DNA of 64,000 nucleotides, from contig AP026133.1 in the NCBI GenBank assembly GCA_030295235.1, forward strand, positions 1,240,001 to 1,304,000, given 5' to 3'. Shown here piece by piece: positions 1 through 12,891 of this stretch. The notes below the pieces were generated by a model. The model saw nothing but the letters and a program-made list of their open reading frames with translations, searched no databases and was not told where the DNA came from. How positions within the stretch are numbered: the stretch's first letter is position 1; every line of letters starts with the position of its first letter. Source of the DNA: Fistulifera solaris. Its lineage: Eukaryota. The translations under genes and the position numbers were made by a program.

Positions 1-156
1 GAACAAGCAGTCAAAATTTCATGCCAAGAAAAGCAATGCAAACATGCAAACACGCGTTCATTCGATGCATCCACAACAACGTGAAGAACCGTCATTGCAG
101 TCGCAAATAATAACAACATCTCCTTCTATTCTCTGTTTGATTAACAACGTGCTACA

Positions 157-1056
157 ATGGCTCCAGGCTTTCCTCTCGCCGGTGACGATTCGGGAAACAA
201 TGACGAGTGGACGACAAACCTTCGACTCGTCGCCGATTTCAAGAAAGCTAACGGTCATTCTAATGTACCGCGCATCGGAGCGACCGAGAAGCTGGGCAAA
301 TGGGTCTTGGAACAGCGGCTTCGCGCGACAGAATTGCTGGATCTTCTGTATGATGGAGTTCCGGTGGATGGGCGATCCCGTGACAAACCGAAATATCCCA
401 ACGGTACGCGGATGAGAAAGCTATTCTACTCCAACACAGAGCCGGGAAAAGCAGGGGAATATGGAGGGACGGTTGTGCAATTCGATACCGTAGAAGAAGA
501 GGGCGGAGGCGCTGTACGGGCATACATGATTCATTATGATGACGGGGATCGCGAACACATGACGACAGGGGAACTAGACAAGTACGTTGATCCGCCGAAA
601 ACCAAGAAGTCCGAGCGAAGCGAAGAAAAGGGGAACCTATCGAAGAAACTATCAAAGCCCAAGAGTGTTCGATTTGATGATCCCAATTCGAAGGGCGCGG
701 CAAAGACGGTTGGTGCTTCGGCGCAGGTCCCCGGGAGTGCGAAAGAAAACAATGCTGTGCCTTCGAAAAGCAGCAAAACATTCCGGGATGAAGAAAAGGA
801 GAACTGGTCTAAGCAAAGTAAGCGTCGGGGTACTTTGGATACAGATGCTACTGGTAAAGTTGTTGGTGTCTTGGACACTATTCCCGAAAACACTACTGCA
901 CGTTTAGAGCGGGCCCATTGTGTCTCGTCAGTGAGCGCGGTAGCCCCAAACACTACGCCGTTGAAACGTAAGAAAAAGTCTAAGCGAAGTCAAGAAAACA
1001 TGGTCTTGTCGAACCGGTCGAATGGTCAGGACGCATCGGTTGAAGATCCTAGTTGA
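157..1056 (+). CDS. Helicase-associated (HA) domain + Tudor-like (PTM/DIR17-type) domain protein
   Basis: HA motif WTTNLRLVADFKKANGHSNVP...LGKWVLEQR, then Tudor-like RKLFY...YGGTVVQF...YMIHYDDGDREHM, then a Lys/Ser-rich disordered tail. Confidence 0.7.
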   Translation: MAPGFPLAGDDSGNNDEWTTNLRLVADFKKANGHSNVPRIGATEKLGKWVLEQRLRATELLDLLYDGVPVDGRSRDKPKYPNGTRMRKLFYSNTEPGKAGEYGGTVVQFDTVEEEGGGAVRAYMIHYDDGDREHMTTGELDKYVDPPKTKKSERSEEKGNLSKKLSKPKSVRFDDPNSKGAAKTVGASAQVPGSAKENNAVPSKSSKTFRDEEKENWSKQSKRRGTLDTDATGKVVGVLDTIPENTTARLERAHCVSSVSAVAPNTTPLKRKKKSKRSQENMVLSNRSNGQDASVEDPS

Positions 1057-1737
1057 TGGGTGCACCACCAAATACTTCCGTTCCAAAGCGGACACGATCT
1101 ACCGCAAACCCTTTGTAATAGAGAACTTTTGAGTCCACTTATTGACTTATTCATGTATCTAGGCTTTTATATAACGTAGTGTGCCTTAGTCGAGGTTCAC
1201 TCCAGCAAGTAGCCATCAATCGTTTGATGTGCATGTGAGGATCCCTTGCAGGCGCCGCGTCTTCCTATAACGTTCAATGGTCACTTTAACAAAACTATGG
1301 CCAATCAAAGATGGATGAGTAGATTAGCACGAGTGTCGTTCAAAACTTGTTGAGTAATAAAATCCTTTTACGTAGGAAAAGTGAAGATGGATATGCATGC
1401 TTCGGACCTTTCTTGAAAGGTCTCGAGTGCGTCAATTCGCGCTCGCACTTCCAATCAGCTTTAATTGTTCTGCTTTCAACTTGTAATTCTGTTCGACCCT
1501 TCGGGCCGGCGAAACGAAGGCTTGTTTGTTTTTGAACCGTATCTTTATTCTTCTGAACACCATAAGAGTGAAATTTCTCAGGACGTGGCGGTACGTCTCT
1601 TCAATATCAGTTTCATTTTTTTCTGCCTTCAGCATGGTCCCTGTTGTTAACACAACTACAGGTCAACATTCCCCAATGTTCATACTCGGGCTTGGAGTAA
1701 CAGGAATATAAAATTCTGTCGAACTCTTTTTCTCTTT

Positions 1738-2570
1738 TCAAATTATAGGATTGATGCGGCACGTATACCATGACGCGAAGCCGGTCAGCTGAAATTCCAG
1801 CACGATATCTTCATTTTCTGTCAAGTTCATCCGGAAAGAAGGAGTGATCCTACCGTTTTCGTCGTCGTGAAGATCCTTACCATCTTCGTATGAGCATACG
1901 GACCCTTTTGGAAATATCCTGCGTAGCCATTTACCCTCCTTTTGCGAGAGTTGTAGTCGGTAACGTTCGGCGCCGGCAGCCTCAGTGGTGCTTTCCGTAT
2001 TGTTCTCAACGCTTTGGAGAATAAAGATACGTCTAATGTGGCGGTACACCTCGGTTTATTGAGTTCTCGTAGACGCCCCGCAACCTCGGAAACTATTGTC
2101 TTTCCGGTGCAAGATCAATGTTCGTTGTCAATTGTTTCATTCGAGTCATGACTTTCTCACACATTGACTCCGAGGGAATGCCCAATAAAGCAATACCATA
2201 AGCATGAATGACAAATAGATCCACTTTTTTCTTGAGAAGATAGTCGTCATCAATCACAACCGTCCCGTTCCAAAAAGATATCGCTATCGTTTTCTCTTCT
2301 TGCGACATCTTACAATCAATCGTCCTTTATTCATTGTTGTAGAGCAAGCATTTGGCGCGCCCATTCAACAGATCGAATCCTTCCAAAAGATCTTAATGGA
2401 ACTTCTCAAATCAACTGTGACTTTATCCCAATCGATGTCCTCGAACGATTCAGAGGCTACGGCGTATCTGATGAGGTGGACGTCACGGTTGTAATAATTC
2501 CTATTTTGCGTCGGAATAGTTACAACGATCCTATCGTGGGCATTCGCTCAGACTCTTTCCTCTTCGGCAT
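1738..2570 (-). pseudogene. Fragmented hypothetical coding region
   Basis: Several collinear minus-strand ORF pieces (2093-2308, 1738-2049, plus an upstream open stretch) with protein-like composition, broken by stops/frameshifts; no family recognised. Confidence 0.25.
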
Positions 2571-2751
2571 GATGTAAAAATAGAAGGGTTTGATACGATA
2601 ATAGCGATTGCTTTTACAAATACAAAGAAGAACGTTTGCTAATGAAGGTTTGTGATTATTATTTGTGATCTGTGATGTTGTGATAAAAAGTGCGAAATAA
2701 GTCCAGAGAAAATCTGTGATTTAGTTTCATAACGTACACAGTCCCAGATTC

Positions 2752-3075
2752 GTACACAGAAAATCTGGTACTGTGGTGTTTTCATGTTCACAGAACATCT
2801 GTAAATGTAGTTTGATAAGGTACACAGAAAATCTGGGTATCTGGTGTCTTCAACTCCTCAGAAAATCTGGGTATGTGGTGTCTTCAAGTTCACAGAACAC
2901 TTTTGAATGTGCTATTTTCATATCCACAGAAAATCTAGTATGCGGTGTCCACGTCCTGAGAAAATCTGGGGATATGATGTCTCTCACTTGCACGAAACAT
3001 CCGTGCAAATGCTATTTTCATGTCCACAGAAAATCTGAGTATGCGGAATTTTTACGTTCCCAGAAAATCTGTGGA
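2752..3075. repeat. Degenerate ~34-bp tandem array with core CAGAAAATCTG
   Basis: Core or variants at ~2757, 2791, 2825, 2859, 2893, 2927, 2958, 2992, 3027 and 3061, plus an outlier at ~2705. Confidence 0.85.
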
Positions 3076-4788
3076 TGTTGTGATGGTTTAACGTTTAACG
3101 GTGCAAATAAATGCATCGTCTCGAAAAAATACGGCTGCATCGTCGTCGTCATTTCGATCGATCGTATCGCCAATCAACGTACTTTATTGTCTTTCGTATA
3201 ATCTCTTCTTTCATTTGCTTGTTCATGACGCAACGTACGGAATGATCTCTTTTACGATGCGCTCCGAGGAGTTCTCCCGAGTCGCTCGACCCAGTACCTC
3301 AAACGAAAGTGAAATTGAATCATCGGTAGTACGATGTTCCATCTCCATCTAATTTTCAAAAAGGAAAAACGCGAAACTGCTTCTCTTAATAAAAAACGAG
3401 AACGAACGGTCCGCTTGAACTAGGACTGAAGCGTCCCATGAAAGAATCTGATTTTAGCGGTAAACTTCGAAACGCAATGGAGCCTATGTTCAGCGAATGT
3501 GTGACAGCGTGAAAGAGAAAACAGCACCACAAACAGCGACAATCCGCGACTGCATCACGCCATCTTCTGGGTTGTTCTACACACCTTGTGACTCGTAGAC
3601 CCATTCATAAATTTGGGTTGTGCAGCACAAATCGTAATCTTACAAGCGATAGCGCTGGGATGATTATTCGTCGATTTACTGAAGTATAACCATCGAGATA
3701 ATGTCACTCATGTGATTGGATATTGGCTTGTGGGAGTATGGTGTGGATGGAATATCCTCATGGCTTCTTTTGGGATTGCAGAGGAGTGATGCAATATCGA
3801 CTGTCAGCAGTTGCTGCTATTTACGAGAAAAGTCTTCAATTACCTTCGCTTTACTTGGTTGGAAAGTAAAAAGTCTCAGGTCGACTCCGCTATAACGCAA
3901 GCGATGCGTAACACTATCGTTTGCATATTCGTTGGCCTTAGAATAATCAGATGCGATTTTCGTGTTGTGGTAAAGTCAGCGGTGTCATTGTTTTGATTGA
4001 GGTGCTCGCGCAGCTTTTTTGAATCCGGAGAATGTCAGCTCCACTAGGAGTCGGAATCAACGCCTATCTTTCGTCGAGGAGAGAAGAAGGTTTGTCTCAC
4101 AATGAATGACTTTGATAAATGCACCGATCGACATCGTTGTGCTGCGCGAAAATAAATGTGTTTCGACGAAAGTTGATCGATGTAGCACGCAGTACTGACC
4201 TTGCAATCGGTGCTGAGTTCATGGCAATCCTAATGAAAACAGCCGACGCGCGCCAGTGTACCATAGCATGATCCGATTTCACTCTGACTGCCTCTTTGAG
4301 TAAATGGCGTACTGCTTTTACTGGTATGGAACCATTAAAGCCTCGCTGTTGTGGTCTCATTTTGATTTTTCGTGAACGTCAGTCCGTCTTGTCCGCACGA
4401 CTACCTCCTCGAGCTACGTTTATGAGCCACCGTCTGGATCTTTTACAGAGAAGAATGAAATGCCTAAATGCATTCATGCTTACCACTGTTCTTCCCATCA
4501 AAACATCTATTATTTCATCAAGGTATCTTTGTTGTGACGAGTACTCGTCTAACTAGTGTTTCTATAAAGTATCCATCGCTCCGCTAAATTTGATTCTAAA
4601 AATTGACAGATCTTACTATGAAATCGCCCTAAGACAAGTAGTTAGCTTTGCTGCGCGGCGAAAGTGTTTGCGATTCTTGATAATTGCGTGAAGCAAGTGG
4701 GGTGTGTGTCGGATGGGTCTCACTTATGTACTAATTATAAGTCAACGAGTAAGAGTCGATGCTAATAATAAGAACGGCGGCTTGTAAG

Positions 4789-5656
4789 TTACTTAGGAGT
4801 TGGCCGCGGGTCATGACGCTTACGTTTCTCGTAAGCTTTTAGGAGTCGCTTCACTTGGGGTTCATGCAAGCCTTCGTCGTCTCCATCATCGTATTTAATA
4901 TTCCAAAGTGGCAATTTTTCAACGAAATCTCCTTTGGGAAACCAATGCGTGATCGTGCCAAAGTATAAAAGCTTATCTGGAAAATATTTTCCAATGCGTT
5001 TTCCAACGTAAAGGTGGTCTGTCAATCCGCCTTCCAGCGAGTCTCGTGATTGGCTCTTTGAGATTTTGTTACTCAGCACACTTGCAGTAGCGGACGAACG
5101 ATCATCGACTGCTAAAGCCAAACAGTCTCCCGTCAACGGGCTGGAATGTGGAGAAGGACTGCGATAATCAACTTGATTCAACGCAATGGCAGGAGAAGAC
5201 ACCTCGACCGTAGTAATTTTCTTGTTCGATTCATCTTCATCGGAGGGATATCCGCAATCATCCCAACCCCAACTCGTGGATTTTGCAAGTAGTGCAGCAA
5301 CCGACTCATCTTTTGAAACACGTGGCGACGACTCGCCTTTTTTCTTCATCGTCCCTCTGGTCATCTTGGATGGCCAGGCGGTCCAGAAGTGCGTTTATCT
5401 CAGCAAAGTCGTCTACAATCGGCTCATGAGGATTCGGTGCTGCTTGTTCGCGTGGCAGCCCGATGCTTGTCTTGTAACGGTATTGATTGCGTCTGTAGTA
5501 TCGCAACGGAAGCCTCGGCAAAGGAGTAGGTGGACTGAGTGATTCTTGGCTCAAAAACAAGTGAGCAAAAATATCTTCTGGTGGTGGCCCGCAATGCTTT
5601 TTCATTTGACTTAAGCCGTAAAAGATTTCCGGTGATTGAAAGCAGTCACTTTCCAT
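4789..5656 (-). CDS. Disordered protein with C-terminal Tudor-like domain (one frameshift in an A-run at ~5340)
   Basis: ORFs 5306-5719 and 4789-5364 join at GAAGAAAAAAGGCGAG; C-terminus YVGKRIGKYF...YFGTITHW...PLWNIKYDDGDDE. Confidence 0.6.
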
Positions 5657-6670
5657 GCTTGTTTGTACGAAGGAGAAGAAAATTAATGAATGATCGTAAA
5701 AGTTGAGGGAAAGTTTCAAAAGGAGGAAACGATAAAGTAAAATGGAGTGTCAAAAGAAAAAAGAAGGAAATTGGAACCATTTGAAACTCGGTTTGCGCGC
5801 AGAACAGCGATCGGTGGGTACGGTACCGGTGGGTCACAACATTCAAATTCAAGACATTGAATCATCGCACTGATACATAGTCACGATGTATACACTTTTG
5901 TTGATACAGTTAACGCCCGTGTCACCACAGTGCACAGTGCACCGATGATGTGTGCGTGATGCACATGAAGATGATATACTCCTTTGGGTGTGAAAGCATC
6001 TTGTTGGACGAGGGGCATCATTGAATGATGAAGTGTTAGAGCAGGGATGGCTGATTATATTGATGATTCATAGCTCTTACAACGTGCTTGGTGTGCGATG
6101 TCCGCGCCTTCCGTAGGACCTCGCAATGGCGCAAAACGATGGTTGCAATCTTTCCTCTAAAGGGATGCAAGGGAGTCTTCGTTTTTGTTAAAGAGGACCT
6201 ACTTCAATATTAATGATGGGAAGCCACCTTGTTGATTTCGTGGCGCTTTTTGTACGTAACGAGCGCTTGTCATGTCTTTACTAGAGTGTAAGGATATTCT
6301 GTCACTACGATCGAATCGCCGCGCTGCTAGCTGCGAATGAAAGGGAAGAAAGAAAGAAGAACGAAGTATCGCTTGCTTTTGACTGCTGTGATTCACGCAC
6401 GCAGTAGCGTGCAGGATCGTTATGAAATTGGAACGACAGCTCAAATTGCTACAAGTTCGATTAGCTAGATTTCACCGATGTCGACACAATCAAAGTCGAC
6501 ACCATCAACTTTCACGCTGACACAACAATCAACCATGATATTCATTCTGAATGGCGTTATTGCTAGGATTAAAAAAATAATTTACATTTATTTGAGTAGT
6601 CGTTAATGCGATTTTCATTAAGGTCGCATACATGGAACCTATATAGAACGATTATTCAAAGAAAATCAAG

Positions 6671-9600
6671 CTACCGAACAAGGCACCGAGCAGGGTCGCT
6701 AGTTTCGAACCGGCATGTGCACCCTTCTCCGTCCCTCACAACAATAACTGAAGCAGAACGTGATAATTTCGCTGCAGTCAGCGTAAGAAGCAGGCCGTAT
6801 TGAATCGTAAAGAGCACAAATTTCATTCGGTAGGATCCCCGTTAGGTCGTTGTCGTCAATTCGAATGATCTCTATACTCGTCATCAGCGCTATGTCGGCA
6901 GGTACAGGACCTTCCAACTGGTTCGAGTTCAAGAAAAGCTGACGCACATTAGTCGCGCCACCGAGATTCGTCGGAATGGTCCCTTGCAAAGCATTTTCAC
7001 TCAGATCGAGTCTTTGAAGCTGTGTCAGTTGACCCATTGTTGATGGAATGGTGTTAATTAATCCGTTGGCTTTCATATTCAGCTGTCGCAAATTCACTAA
7101 ATTGTTGATTTGCTCCGGAATCGAGCTACCGAAGTAGTTGTTCTCACTAAGATCGAGAACCTGGAGGCTTGTCACGGAGAGTACGCCAAGGGGAAACTCT
7201 TCGAAATTGTTTTGCCTCAAGTTCAATTTTTCAAGAGACGATAGACTCGAAATTGAATCGGGAATCGCTGTGAAGTTGTTTGCTTCCAGGTTCATTTCTT
7301 TAAGCATTGATAAAGAGGAAAAGACATCAGATGGAATGGATTCCAGCAAATTACCGGAAAGGTCAAGGAAGGTGATTTCGGTAAGTGTAGAAAATGAGCC
7401 AGGAATGTCACCTTGAAGGCTGTTGAAGCTTAGATCAAGCTGCTGTAGCTGTGATAGTTTGCCGATCTCGGAAGGGATCGGACCTTCGAAGCTATTTCCA
7501 GAGATCACAAGTGAGCTGAGGACGGACAGCGAAATCACAGTCGACGGAATACCGCCGGTCAACGTGGAGGTGCTGTCGCGAGGATTGCGAATACTTATGC
7601 TGGTTAGTGTTGTTAGCAACGATATCTCATGCGGCAGCTCTCCTTGGAGGTTATTATCGTTTAGTGAGAGCACCAGCAATTCGTTATCAGGTGAACATCG
7701 TTGGGAGTCTGTGGAACTAGAATGCCAAAGACATTCATCTACGTCGGTAACCCAATCCGAATTTTCGGTCCACGAATCGCCATTCGTACTGTAAAATAAA
7801 GTAGCCAAGGCATAGCGCTGGACTATACGCAGGTCGTCCGTAGCTTTTGGCTCGCTTTCTGTCAACCATTTGAATGCAGTTCCTTGAGGCGTCTCGAGGT
7901 CAAGCAATGATTCGCAATCAGGAATAAGAGGACAAAGCAAGTCATACGCTTGTTTCTGATTAGGATCAATAGGCACGGCTTCAGAAGGCGAACTGGTTGG
8001 GGCGGTTGTAGATTCAATCGAAGGGTCCGCAGGATCGTCTTCTCCGACAGCAATTCCAATACCGACACCCGCGGCGATGCCAATAGCAATAAGAAGGATT
8101 CCCATCAAAAGTAAACACCGCTTTGTCCAATGGTTACCACTCCAATTCCTTTTAGCGTCCTTTCCTGACTCTGACTCGATCGCTTTTGTGTCAGTGTCCG
8201 ACATCTCTCTGGTGATCCGATCATCTCGCTGCATCTCGACGTCATTGTCAAGCCCGGTCGCTTCTATTAATGCATCTTTGTTGCCCGAGCGATCCAACCG
8301 ATCAAAAGCTCCAGGCTCGCCTTTTGCTGATACGACCATGAATGCTTCCTCTTCATCCACAGCTGCAGTTGCTGGATTTATTTCGCTTCTAGTCCACCAT
8401 CCGCGTTTTTCTCGCGGTGTACGTTCTTTTTCTGCCTTTCATTCACATCTTCAAATTCCGTTTCGTTTACTGGAGAGCTTTCAGTCTTTGCCCACCAGCC
8501 ACTTTTCACTGGAATTTCACCCTCTTTACTTTGGGGCTCATCGGACACCTCAGGTTCGATTTCGTCACCTGCGGCATGCTCTTTCGATGTCCGCCAGCGG
8601 CGCATAAATAATGGTACTTTGGCCGCTTCGTTTTGCATTAGGTCCTGAGTATCTGAGTCTAATTTGTCTTTCATATGATCTTCATTCCGACTATCCGCTG
8701 CAGATGGTTCCTCATTATGATTAGGCAGGGGCTCTACCAGCAAAGAGATACCTTGCCTTTTCCACCAGCTTCGTTTCACTGGTTCTTCACTTTCCTCTTT
8801 TTGATTTTCATCATGCGGCTCAGGTTCAGAGTCGTCTTGGGCGAGATCGGCTTTCCTCAGCCACCAACGCCTTTCTGCTTGTTTTTCACCCTCGTCTAAT
8901 TGTTGCTCTTCGCGAGTGTTCGATTTGAGTTCGTCTTCTTCGAGATTTTTCTTCTTTTCCACCAGAACCAAGACTTATTTTCTTTGCTAGTTGCTTCGCG
9001 ACCGCCAAGAATTTTTTCATTTGGAGACGTTGGTTCGACAGAATGACCATTGCTGAAATTATCATCATCGTCAGAGACGACTGCAATCTCGTTGACAGAG
9101 TCCGCAATGAACTCTTGCTCGATCGCAGCATCTCCTACCTCTATATCTTCATACTCTTCAGATTCGTCCTCTAATATTTCTTCTTCGATTTCAGATTCTT
9201 CTTCGATTTCAGATTCTTCTTCTAGTTCAGGCTCGGGATTCTCAATCTCATAGTAATCCTCCCCGCCTTCTTCTTCTTCTTCTTCTTCGGTCTCAATATT
9301 GGATTCGTCGCCTGCTTCTAAGATCTCGTTGTTCATATTTTCCTCGGTTTCAACTTCCACTTCAGAGTCCTCTTCATTCTCAACTTCAACTTCGGATTCT
9401 TCGTCTTCACTTTCAGCTTCCACTTCAGAAATTTCGTCGTCACGCTCGGCTTCGACATCGTAGTCTTCGTCCTCACTTTCAACTTCGACATCTGCGTCGT
9501 CGTCCTCACTCTCAGCGTCGACATAGGAGTCTTCGTCCTCACTATCAGCTTTCACATCAGAGGCCCCGTCCTCGTCATCGAGATTGAAGCTCTTTCCCTC

Positions 9601-12600
9601 TTCCTCGTCATCTTCTTGGGAATTTTGTTCCTCGTCCACGACGTCCTCCTCAGAAGCTTCTTCATCATCGACAAGAACAAGAATAGGTTTTGAGGATTCC
9701 TCTCCACCCTGGACATTATCTTTCAGGTGTTCTTCCTCGTCGTTAACCATGCCTCTTAGGCGGTTTTCGTTCTCCTGAGTAGTAGTTTCCACTCGGTCAT
9801 CCTCTCTGTCGACTTTCGCATTTTCTGTGGCCATTCTTCGTCTTAGCAAAGCCATCTGCACTTCATCGTTCATCTTCACCGTGGAAGTTCCAAGCGGATG
9901 ATTCCTGCGGATTTTATCGTCGATACTTTGTTCGTCGTTGCTCGATTCAGTCTTTTGCCGCCGCCTGCTAAAGATCGCTGCCAAGTCAGTACTCATCGAC
10001 GGTTTGTCATCTTGTATTTCTTTCTTTCTCTTTGTAAGATCGCCCCCCATGTCTTTTCCGCTGTCGGCTAGTTCTCTCCGACGCTGCAAAATGGAAAACA
10101 GACTACTTTTTGACTTTTTCTTTCTCTTTGTCTTCGAGTTCCTTTGCTGCCTTTGCCTTCAGCTCTGCTTCTTCTTCGGCTTGTTTTTCTGCCAGCAAGC
10201 TCGCCTTTTCATCTTCTTCTGCTTTCAGTCTTGCCGCTTCTTCTTTGACCTGCTTTTCTGCTAGCAACCTCATATTCTTTTCTTCTTCCGCTTTCATTCT
10301 TGCAGCTTCTTCTGCTTTTATCCTGGCCTCATCTTCTTCGGCTTGTATTGCGGCCAACAATCTAAGCTTTTCTTCTTCTTCCGCTTTCAATCTTGCCGCT
10401 TCTTCTTTGACCTGCTTTTCCGCTAGTAGCCTTGCATTCTCTTCTTCTTCCGCTTTCACTCTTCCCGCATCTTCTTCTTCTTTCAACCTGGCCTCTTCTT
10501 CTTCGGCTTGAATTTCGGCCGACAATCTAGCTTTTTCTTCTTCTTCTTCCATTTTCAATCGTGCCGCTTTTTCTTCGGCCTGCTTGTCCGCTAACAGCCT
10601 CGTCTTTTCGTTTTCGTCTGCTTTTACATTAGCCGTTTCTTGTGCTTCGTCGGGGATCTCGTCTTCAGCCACTATTTTTGCCGTTCCGGTGAGCAAAATT
10701 GCCGATTCGTCGGTAATTTTTGTGTCTTGTGCCGCAACTTCCGACACAGGCCTTCTTAAATCTTCTACAGCTTTTATCATATCTTCATCGGTGCTAGAAC
10801 GCTCAAGTACGGGTAGAGGTTCCATTGAGGATACTTCTCTCTCAATGTTCAAGTCTGACGCTAAACGAGTAATGCCAGAAGGCCTATCATCCTCTTGGTT
10901 TTCTGCCGCCTTCATCTTTGCTCTGCGCCCGATTCCAAAAAGACCTCTCTTTTTCGTCTTTTCCGGCAACTGGTCAGTTTCAATTGGAGCAAGAGTTGGA
11001 GTAGTTGTGGTCGCAGAATGAGATTGCGATGATGGGTCATGAGGAGCCGAAAGCTGTGTCTCTCTTTCCGAGGGTGCGGCTATATCTTTTCGATTATTGA
11101 AACCAAAGATTCCTCTCCTCTTCTTTTTCTCTGGGACGGAGACAGCAGTTGACGATACCTCTGCTATCTGATTAGCAGACGCAGGTTCTCTTGCAAATGA
11201 CTGTCGATTTTATCAATGCGATAAGTTGCATCTCCCATAATTTCCGCGGGTTTCGAGATTTCATCGATATCTGTTGGTTCCACCGTCGCGTCTTCATTGC
11301 CTGCCAATACAACATTATTGCGTGAGTCTTCCGTTCCCGTTTGGATAGTGCTCGAGGCAACGGTAAGGATTGGTTCTTGTGGAAGCGGATCCCTGTCACG
11401 GCTTTTCGATCGAGACCGATCTCCACGTCGAAATAATCCCATCAAGCCACGTTTCTTTTTAGAGTCTGCAGCAGTGGTGGATTGCGATTCTGTTACGGAG
11501 TCGCCCGATAGAATAATTCTGTTTTGCACATCAGGGCCGTCCTCGTCTTCATCACTACGATTCGCTGCCACCACGTTTGCTACAGTTGGTGGTAGAACTG
11601 CCGCAATTCTTTCCTCGTCTTCGTCGTCATCATCGTCGGAAAATTCAGAGTCATCCAAGTCTATCAAACGCGACTGTCGACGTGGTTTTTGTTCTTCGAA
11701 CAAAGTTGATTCCATGGCAGCCTCCGTAGTGTCTCCTATGATGTCGACATCTTCAGCTGTATTGCCCTGCTCATATGCATGAGCTACAACTTTCGCTTCC
11801 GAGGAATGTTGAGTGGAGGCATAATCCACTACTTCCGAAATATCACGATGGTCTGACTGGTCTGCTGCGTACAATGTGAGACGCTCTTGTTCAGAGATCA
11901 AATCCTGTTCATCATGTAGATTTAGCTGCTCTACCCTTTCACGACCGTCCGCTACTTCATTCGGTGTAACGTCTATTATTTGCTCGAGCTCTTCATGTGC
12001 CGATCGCGATGTCTCCGAGACGTCGGGCGCCGTTTCAACGTCGTAATCTTCCGATTGGGTATTTCGTTCGGAGCTTTGCAACAAACTAGCTGATGATGTA
12101 TCTGCCTTTCTGGAAGGTGTACTGACAGAGTCATCATTCACCGAGGTCTCCGCATCAGTGGAGATGACAGCTGGTGGATCTTCCTCACGCTTCGCTTCAG
12201 TCGAGTCAATAGGGGACACGTCTGTTGATTGGATCGATCCGGATTGTTCGGAAGTAGTTGACGAACTGTCACGAGAGCTGTCATCGTCGCTCTTTGTTGA
12301 TTCTGAATCCGATGAGTTCGAGGACGAGGAATGGGATGAGTCATCATTGTCATCCGATGTGGATGTTGTTGATGCTGCCGTAGAGTCACCGACAGTTACA
12401 CTTTCTCTGTCGGTTTCATTTTCGGAGGCAGAATTGGAGCTACTGCTACTGCTACTGCTACTGCTGCTGCTTCTACTACTACTCCGGCTCGATTGACTGT
12501 CGCCGTCGCTACTTTTGCTGCTTCGACTGCTTTTACTACTCGATGAAGATGACGAAGCATCCGAGCTTGGCGCTGCACTTGAACTTTCCCCCGTATCTGA

Positions 12601-12891
12601 ATTTGACGACTGACTTCGTCTTGATGAATCATCTGCCGTATCCGAGTTACTCGTATTTTCTGACGAAGACGAGCTACCAGAAGACTTTGAAGAAGAAGAA
12701 TTCACCGAGGATTTTGATGCCGATGACGAGGAGGAAGAGGATGACGACGATGAAGATGATGACGAGGAGGAGGACGACGACGACGACGATGAAGAAGATG
12801 ATGAGGAAGATGAGGATGAGGACGAGGACGCCGCCGAGCTGATCGACGAGTCATCTTCCAAGCCCTGCTCTGACATGTTAACATACTTCAT
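6671..12891 (-). CDS. Giant (~2,070 aa) type II membrane LRR protein: poly-Ser/acidic disordered region, EK coiled coil, TM helix, LRR ectodomain (five apparent frameshifts)
   Basis: ORFs 11164-12891, 10103-10969, 8896-10089, 8378-8971 and 6699-8360 join by single-base indels in homopolymers. TM CLLLMGILLIAIGIAAGVGIGIAV; diatom-type LRR cap (TPQGTAFKWL, QRYALATLFYST...W...C.W); plant-specific-type LRRs LxLxxNxLxGxIP; corrected end CCEDGEGCTCRFETSDPARCLVR*. Confidence 0.8.

Noticed and set aside
2752..3075. CRISPR array
   Set aside because: The conserved core is only ~11 bp, the spacers resemble each other, there are no cas genes and the context is eukaryotic
10087..10106. Intron linking ORFs 10103-10969 and 8896-10089
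   Set aside because: The GT...AG candidate is only ~23 nt; a one-base indel in the A-run explains the junction better
9050..12884. Ser-, Met- or Arg-rich antisense and shifted-frame ORFs
   Set aside because: Shadows of the low-complexity regions of the giant LRR gene
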